This document shows positions 1-5,460 of a stretch of DNA of 5,460 nt, piece after piece. The stretch is from NCBI GenBank assembly GCA_013416795.1, contig RQSC01001158.1:1-5460 (forward strand), read 5' to 3'. The DNA comes from Prasinococcaceae sp. CCMP 1430. Lineage: Eukaryota; Plantae; Prasinodermophyta. The stretch's first letter is position 1. Each line of letters opens with the position of its first letter. The translations under genes and the position numbers were made by a program. The notes under the pieces were generated by a model. The model was not told where the DNA came from. It made no database searches and worked only from the letters and a program-made list of their open reading frames with translations.

Positions 1-100
1 GCCCATAAATAACGCCCGCAGCTTGGTCTTGAGGCCCTCCTCGAATCGCTCGCGGAAGCGACCGACCCGTGGCCCCTCGAGCAACACCAAGTCCCCTTCC
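1..100 (-). other. Integrase C-terminal GPY/F (SH3-like) module, start
   Basis: IQEGDLVLL...KTKLRALFMG matches the recalled G-D-x-V-L...KL-x-x-x-F/W-x-GP(Y/F) pattern. It is cut by the window just before the expected P. Confidence 0.75.
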
Positions 101-3100
101 TGAATGTCAGGGGTCCTGGTATCGCGAGAGGCCATGGTACGAGCCATGTACTTATTCCGTGCCCTGCGGTAACCCGCAATAGCACAGTCATGAGCAACCT
201 GCAAATTCTCTAATAGGGCTTGAACACCCTTGTCAGACGTCCGTAGAATCGGCTGGTCTAACAACGTGCTGGTCAGGAGATCTGCTGGGGTGAGGGGATG
301 TTGCCCAGTATCTAGAAAGAATGGGGTATAACCATGCGCAGCAATGGGAGAGTTATTGAGGGCAAACTCCACCATGGGCACGATCTCATCCCAATCACCA
401 CCACCGCGATCTATGAAGTGTCGCATACTTTCCTGTACCACACGGTTGAGTCGCTCCACCAAATGGGAAGTGGAGCTGTGGTAGGCCGTACCTAGTGTCA
501 CCTTAGTACCTAAGGCAGAGAAGAAACCCTGCCAGAACTTGGAGGTGAACAACTTGTCCTTGTCGCTAATGAACTGGCGACTCATTCCGTGGAATCGGAA
601 GACATTGTTGAGATACAGCTTAGCACACCCCTCAGCTGTAAGGTTGAGAGGACATGGAAGTAGGTGGCAACGACGCGTCATCCGGTCTAGAATGACCAGG
701 AGCTGTTCGTTGCCTGCCTTGGTAAGAGCAAAGGGGCCTACGAAATCCATCATGATACTGTCCCAAGGACGGATGGGATCCGGAATCGCTAAGGGAACAG
801 CCTGCGAACCAGTGTTTCGCGGCTTCATGACTTGGCAGGAGCGACAAGTACTTACGTACTCCTCAGCTTCCCGCCACATGCCCTTCCAGTAGTATGTCCG
901 GCGCAGTAACTCAACCAGACGCTGTGTACCTCGATGACCACTGTGCTGCTCATCGTGTAGCTCGTGGAAAAGAGCCGAACGACAAATGAGCGGCACGTAA
1001 AGTCGCCACGTATCTGGTCGAACCTGTACCTGTAGAAATCCCATCTGGAACTTACACGGATGCCCATCCATGGTCTGAGGATGCGACGCAATGGCCTCGC
1101 GTGCCGCCTGCTCAGTAATGGTGAACCTGCTAATAGCGCGCTCCAGATCGGAGTCGACGGTTACAACACCGTGAAGGGCGGCAACTATGTCAATGGGCTC
1201 ACCTACAGGAACAAGGGGGCGATAAACCCCACTCAGAGGAACAAAATGACTCAAAGGCTGAGCGGTTCTGACCGCCTGTGTAAAAATCGAAATATTCTCC
1301 TCCCCCCCCACAGGGATCCAAGCGTCCTCGCTTACTACCTCACTGGCAAGGTCAGAACCCATTGCAAATAAGGAACGGTAGGTTGGTGAGTCAGGAGGTG
1401 GCCCATAGGGCTCTACCGGGCCCCAGTAAGGAACCTCAACCGTGGACAAGACGTCCAAGGTATCGTGGAACCAGTAGTCAGACCGGCGCGATAAGGCGTC
1501 AGCGACAATATTATCCTCGCCTTTCACATATTGAATGCGGAAGGGCTCGAACTGGGACAAGTACTCTAACCAACGTGCCTGCCGAGGAACTAACGTAGGC
1601 TGGGTGAGCAAGTGAGTAAGGGGGCGATGATCGGTCTGGATGGTAAGGCGGTAAGGATCCGCCTCATTTGGAAGGCTGATAGCAACATCGAACTGGGCGC
1701 CAAGGAGAAGGTGGCGCCAGGTATAACAACAATAAACTACAGCAAGCAGCTCTTGTTGATGTACCGGATAGTTGCGTTCTGCCGAGATCATCGTCCTGGA
1801 GATGTATTCTACGGGCTGAAGGCCCCTACCGAAATCCTGCATCAAGACCCCACCTATAGCTACCTTGCTGGCGTCAGACGCGACCACGTAAGGGAGGGAG
1901 GGGTCAGGCAGGGCAAGACAAGGAGAGGTGAGAAGCCGATCCTTGAGGCACTCGAATGCGCCTTGACATTCCGCACTCCAAACCCACGGCGTCTCCTTCT
2001 TCAACAGATTGTTGAGAGGAGCCGCGAGGGTGGCAAAGCGGGGAATGTAACGACGGTAGTAGGATGCGATGCCTAGAAAGCTGCGCACCTGACTCACGGT
2101 GGCGGGAGCAGGCCAAGTCTGGATGGACTGGACCTTCTCAGGGTCGGTGGAAACCCCGCTACCGGACAGGACATGTCCCAGGAACGGGACCGTACGTCCT
2201 GATTTTATCTTAGCCCTACGCGCGGACAGTTTATTATCTCGCATAATGGCCAGGACTGCCGTTACATCCTCTAGGTGGTCATCGAATGAACGCGAATACA
2301 CCAAAATGTCATCTAAATACACAGCGACGCAGGTACGCTTGTAAGGCTGTACCGGGGCGTCTGTGTCCCGGACACCAGGATCCCGTAAGTCTCGGGAGAC
2401 CTGTGGTAGCCGTGCTGTGCCCATGACTGGGCGGAAAATATGGTTCATCAACATCTGGAAGGACGCTGGTGAGTTACACAGTCCCATAGCAGCTACCTTG
2501 AACTGGAAGTGGCCAAACGGCGTGGCAAACGCAGTTTTGTGACAATCTTCGGGGGCGATGCGTAGCTGCCAGAACCCGTCTGCACAGTCGAGTACTGTGA
2601 AACAAGTGGAGCCCTGCACACGCGCGAAGATATCATCAATACGGGGCAACGGATATTTGGACTTAACCGTGATCGCATTGATCTTGCGATAATCCGTTAC
2701 CAACCGCCACTTCCCGTTAGGCTTGGGGACTAGAAGGACCCCAGCTGAGTAAGGACTGTTGCTCTGCTCAATCAGACCAGATTCCAAGAGTGATATGAGA
2801 ATCTTTTTGAGTTCGGCCAGTTCCATCGGGCCCATGCGATACATGGGAGACGTCGTAGGACCCTCGCCATCCTTCAACTGAATGCGGTGAAGCACCGGCC
2901 GAGCAGGAGGAAAGGAGGGGGTCTTCTCGTCAAAGACATCCGAGAACTGACCTAAGGTCTGATCGTAAACGGTGGACTCGGCGGGAGTGAAGTCCACGCC
3001 GAGGGAATTAACCTCTACTAAAGAACGTATGTCGTCTGGTCGAATGGAATAAAAGTATGCACCCTTGCGCACGAGGCGGCGAACCTCCTTCTTGGAACAG

Positions 3101-3294
3101 AAGATTTTCTCCGCGGGGCGCATGGGACGTACGGGTTCCGACTTATCTGCTACGCTGATACCGTTGGCGGCGAAGTGACGATCGGGACCCCAAGAAAACC
3201 CATCCTGAAACCATATGACACCAGTCCTGTACTCTATTTTAACGTCATGCTGGCGATGCCAGTCGATACCTAGAATGATATCGGCGGCTTCAGT
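1..3294 (-). CDS. pol: Pol, main segment (protease C-terminus, RT, RNase H, integrase); open to the window edge, no stop in window
   Basis: Hand translation with codons starting at positions divisible by 3: TEAADIILGIDW...KPNGKWRLVTDYRKIN...YPLPRIDDI...LDCADGFWQ...KTAFATPFG...VYLDDILVYS...FLGH...SDAS...QELLA...TDH...NIVADALSR...HHCC...MDFVGP...ISDKD...VERLN...KLRALFMG. The upstream in-frame TGA is at 3297-3295; no stop in 1098 codons. Confidence 0.96.
250..1005 (-). other. Integrase zinc-binding and catalytic core domains
   Basis: H-X6-H-X29-C-X2-C (HDEQHSGH...CRSC, 957-835). Catalytic D at 747-745 (MMDFV), D at 564-562 (ISDKD) and E at 456-454 (VERLN), with 35 residues between the second D and E. 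Confidence 0.93.
1486..1890 (-). other. Ty3/Gypsy RNase H domain
   Basis: YVVASDASKVAIGGVLMQ, ERNYPVHQQELLAVV, TDHRPL and NIVADALSR; all four acidic catalytic residues are present. Confidence 0.93.
2173..2910 (-). other. Reverse transcriptase core
   Basis: SPYSAGVLLVPKPNGKWRLVTDYRKIN, YPLPRIDD, LDCADGFWQ, KTAFATPFG, GLCNSPASFQ, YLDD (2319-2308), FLGH. Confidence 0.96.
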
Positions 3295-3775
3295 TCAGTG
3301 GTGCCACGGTTGCATTTAACTGCAACGTTCTACCCTGTATTGATAGCGGGATCTCAACCTGCCCTGGGGAGGGGCGAGTGCGACCATCGGAGTATCGCAC
3401 CTGGAGAGCACGCGAGTGTGGCGTGGGGATCAATCCGAGGCGCTGGACAAGCACGTCGCTAATAAAAGTGACGGCGGCACCGCTATCGATCAAAACCCGG
3501 ACCGGCATGATCTCTGCTGATTGCAAAAAGGGATCTAAGGTAGTGGTGGGTACTGGAATAAGGCCAGAAAATAACAGCAACTCCCTATTAGACTCATCCG
3601 TCTCGCCATTGATCATGTTAACCGGGAGAGTAAACTCCTGATCATCGGATGCGCCTACTACATCTACCTCCTTTAACGGAAGTGAGATGGAGGAGGAGGC
3701 CTTGGGCCCAGGCAGGTGTCCTCTACTAACCTGCGGGCCTACTCTTCCCCCTCCTGGGTCTCTGCATGATCTCCA
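3290..3775 (-). CDS. pol: Pol, first segment (transframe peptide plus retropepsin aspartic protease, N-terminal part), in the -1 frame relative to gag
   Basis: Frame open from 3775 (after TGA 3778-3776) to TGA 3292-3290. It contains the listed 108-aa ORF, with VRVLIDSGAAVTFIS (DSG at 3487-3479) and flap-like VRYSDG. The closing DIILG motif lies in the next frame. Confidence 0.88.
   Translation of the reverse strand, partial: WRSCRDPGGGRVGPQVSRGHLPGPKASSSISLPLKEVDVVGASDDQEFTLPVNMINGETDESNRELLLFSGLIPVPTTTLDPFLQSAEIMPVRVLIDSGAAVTFISDVLVQRLGLIPTPHSRALQVRYSDGRTRPSPGQVEIPLSIQGRTLQLNATVAPLN
3690..3751 (-). promoter_or_regulatory. Candidate -1 programmed ribosomal frameshift cassette (slip heptamer, 5-nt spacer, stem-loop or pseudoknot)
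   Basis: G GGG GAA (3751-3745) lies in the short gag/pol overlap, then GAGTA, then stem GGCCC-GCAGGT (3739-3729) pairing with ACCTGC-ct-GGGCC (3717-3705). Loop GAGGA could pair with downstream TCCTC (3697-3690 region). Confidence 0.6.
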
Positions 3776-5343
3776 TCATCATCATCATCAAGGTCGGTGA
3801 TATTAAAGCGAAGCCCGGATTCCGAGCGGGACGCCGTCTGAGGAGGCGCCGGAGGGGCATCCTCCTGCATAGACAGCGCCAACTCGTTAAGGGCCTGAAT
3901 GGCCCGGTGGAGCTGGCTCTGGGGTGCCCTAGGTTGCTGGAATCTATTCGGCTGCTGGGAGGCAGACCGCAAGGTCTGGCTGCGACCAGCGGCCGACCCA
4001 CGCCCCCGTCCTGGAGATGGGAAAGACCGGGGCCTAAAGGCAGGGGGCTGAGAAAACGGAGGGCCAGAATGACCCTGGGCGGCGGTGTACAGATCCGGGC
4101 ATGAACGCTTGAGATGGCCCTCACGATTGCAGTGAAAGCAACGCATGTGAGTGACATCCATCTCGTTGACCATGACACTGGGAAACTCCATCCCCAGCTC
4201 TTCCACCAACTCCCAGGAGGTGTTGATAGCGTTGCTAGCGGCGGCGCGTGAGGGCGCGGCCAGCGCGGGGATGGTGTGAGAGACCTGAACTAAGTAATCC
4301 TTTACCTCTTGTAAGTCGTAGTCGACCCACTTCTTCTGAGCGAAGAAGCGGTGTGCCTCAGCCTGCAACTCAGGGCGTAAGCCCTCAAAGAAGCGGGCCT
4401 TGGTCTCAGCCTGCCCTAGGTCGGGGACCCTAAGCGCACGGACATCGAAGTCGGCCGTGTACTCTACCAGAGAACGGGAGCCCTGCTTTAACGCAGCAAA
4501 CTCCGCCCGATCCCGCTTGTCCTGGTTGGGGGCTATGTAGCGCCGCCGAACCCGGGCAAACAAGTCGGGAAGGTCCGCGATGGGGGACTGGGCAAGAACC
4601 TCCTCGCGGGTCAGAATTTCCCTAACCTCTTGATGGAGAGCTAAGGAGACTACGAGTTCTACCTCCATCCGTGGTGGAAGCTCCTGGTGATTGTACTCCT
4701 TCCAGAGCTTTAAGTAACTACGGAGGGCCGTTTCCCACGCCTCTACCTGACCGGGAGTAGGTGTTGGAGGAAAGGCTGGGATATCACGGAGGTTGGGCAA
4801 AGTGGGTGGCTTCCCAGACCGGGAACTAGTGAATCCGCTACCGAGGTGGCTGGGGGCGTCCGTGACTGGTAGCCCCGTGCCTCCTGTACTATATCTACGA
4901 TGCGACACCGCAGCCGGGTGGTCGCTAGTATCCCGCGACTCGGGAAAGGTTGAAACCCCAGTGGTAACATCTACGGAAGGTCTAAGAGAACGCCCTATGT
5001 GCTGCTCCGCCGCGGACACCTGTGCTGGGTTATGCCACCAAACCTGAGGCGACCCCGAAGAAACCTGAGTGGTTAAATCAGGCTGGGGCGCCCGACCAAG
5101 GGCCGCCTGTTCCGGTGGGTCATCAAAGGCTGGTTGTCTAACACTAACACGTGCTGCCTGGGCCTCTTCTAGCGCTACCCGTGCCTCCTCAGCCGCTACC
5201 ACGGCCTGTGCTTCTGCCATACGGGCTAAAGCAATGGCCATGGCTTGCTGGCCAGGAGACAAGGTCAGTTCTACACGCCGCGAACCCCTATCTGGCGTCG
5301 GTGTAGCCTTGAACGGCGACAACTCCGAATCACTACCTGCCAT
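3739..5343 (-). CDS. gag: Gag polyprotein, 534 aa
   Basis: ATG in good Kozak context (AAC ATG G) with an in-frame TAA a few codons upstream. Capsid-like core (WETALRSYL...LKQGSRSLVEYTADF...FFEGLRPELQ) and CCHC knuckle, directly upstream of pol. Confidence 0.95.
   Translation of the reverse strand: MAGSDSELSPFKATPTPDRGSRRVELTLSPGQQAMAIALARMAEAQAVVAAEEARVALEEAQAARVSVRQPAFDDPPEQAALGRAPQPDLTTQVSSGSPQVWWHNPAQVSAAEQHIGRSLRPSVDVTTGVSTFPESRDTSDHPAAVSHRRYSTGGTGLPVTDAPSHLGSGFTSSRSGKPPTLPNLRDIPAFPPTPTPGQVEAWETALRSYLKLWKEYNHQELPPRMEVELVVSLALHQEVREILTREEVLAQSPIADLPDLFARVRRRYIAPNQDKRDRAEFAALKQGSRSLVEYTADFDVRALRVPDLGQAETKARFFEGLRPELQAEAHRFFAQKKWVDYDLQEVKDYLVQVSHTIPALAAPSRAAASNAINTSWELVEELGMEFPSVMVNEMDVTHMRCFHCNREGHLKRSCPDLYTAAQGHSGPPFSQPPAFRPRSFPSPGRGRGSAAGRSQTLRSASQQPNRFQQPRAPQSQLHRAIQALNELALSMQEDAPPAPPQTASRSESGLRFNITDLDDDDDGDHAETQEGEE
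3774..3790 (-). repeat. (GAT)5 trinucleotide microsatellite encoding poly-Asp in the Gag tail
   Basis: Plus strand catcatcatcatcatca. It also explains the MMMMM run in the 3726..4178 ORF and the IIIII run in the 3766..4104 ORF. Confidence 0.9.
4099..4140 (-). other. Nucleocapsid zinc knuckle C-X2-C-X4-H-X4-C
   Basis: CFHCNREGHLKRSC in Gag. Confidence 0.95.
5158..5199 (-). repeat. Imperfect 21-nt tandem repeat (two heptads, VAAEEAR / VALEEAQ) in the Gag N-terminal helix
   Basis: GTAGCGGCTGAGGAGGCACGG is followed directly by GTAGCGCTAGAAGAGGCCCAG. Confidence 0.6.
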
Positions 5344-5460
5344 GTTGAATAAACACCTAGCTACTTAGCACTATGCGTACCCTGACTGGGTTTAAGGACT
5401 ATTGTATGAACAAAACCGCGTACAGGTGGAAACCCGGGTACTGATTCCTTGAATACAATG

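Larger units (their letters stand above)
1..5460 (-). mobile_element. Ty3/Gypsy (Metaviridae) LTR retrotransposon, internal region, truncated by the window at both ends
   Basis: Domain order on the minus strand is Gag(CCHC)-PR(DSG)-RT(YLDD)-RNase H-integrase, with integrase last, as is diagnostic for Ty3/Gypsy rather than Ty1/Copia. No env, LTR or PBS is seen. Confidence 0.97.

Noticed and set aside
1302-1309. G8 run on the element strand (GTG GGG GGG GAG) as a slip site truncating Pol before integrase
   Set aside because: It is in frame as given, G GGG GGG is not a typical efficient heptamer, and I saw no clear downstream stimulatory structure.
539-2344. Plus-strand ORFs 539..892, 1060..1371, 1362..1598, 1612..2076 and 2099..2344
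   Set aside because: Antisense to a stop-free Pol frame, with no recognisable motifs; best explained as shadows.
2338-2427. RT insert as a GT-AG intron
   Set aside because: In-frame options (GTCATG...AAG, 90 nt; GTCTCC...CAG, 54 nt) have weak donors and do not restore canonical spacing (2 aa short, or 10 aa left over).
632-2678. Short minus-strand ORFs 632..847, 852..1091, 1904..2116 and 2493..2678
   Set aside because: Alternative frames inside Pol with no motifs.
3673-3741. Stop-codon readthrough of the gag TAG (MLV-like, pseudoknot-stimulated)
   Set aside because: The gag frame hits TAA at 3675-3673 and the protease is in a different frame.
3726-4178. 150-aa overlapping minus-strand ORF with MMMMM
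   Set aside because: It is the +1 frame of the Gag tail; the Met run is the (GAT)n repeat, and it ends before the protease.
5348-5353. AATAAA as a polyadenylation signal
   Set aside because: It is antisense to the element, and a single hexamer is expected by chance.
3378-5368. Plus-strand ORFs 3378..3641, 3766..4104, 4248..4433, 4793..5047 and 5069..5368, and minus-strand 4743..4970
   Set aside because: Shadows of gag/PR; their low-complexity runs mirror the gag codons.
5450-5460. CA|TTGTA at the window edge as the 5' LTR end
   Set aside because: Only two bases would be LTR; this cannot be supported without upstream sequence.

Overview
The whole window is the internal coding region of one eukaryotic Ty3/Gypsy (Metaviridae) LTR retrotransposon on the minus strand; no LTR, tRNA PBS or PPT is visible. 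Layout: a 117-nt AUG-free leader (5344-5460); gag (5343-3739, 534 aa, capsid-like core plus CCHC knuckle); a protease segment in the -1 frame (3775-3290); then, after a 1-nt frame break at about 3292-3297, an uninterrupted 1098-codon frame (3294 to 1, running off the window). That frame encodes the end of the protease, RT (YLDD), RNase H (D-E-D-D intact) and integrase (HHCC, D,D35E, start of GPY/F). The ORF track misses it because its stop lies outside the window; I translated it by hand. The remaining plus- and minus-strand ORFs in the track look like shadows of gag/pol. The family is well known, but this copy is unusual in four ways: a non-canonical gag/pol slip site (G GGG GAA) followed 5 nt later by a hairpin or possible pseudoknot; a second frame break inside the protease; four apparent in-frame loop insertions in Pol (PR, RT, RNase H, RH-IN linker), each carrying a P-[Y/F] motif; and replaced signature motifs (MPFGL to AAMGL in RT, HPQxxG to HSSTSH in integrase) with catalytic residues intact. 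Motif comparisons use recalled family consensus, not an alignment.
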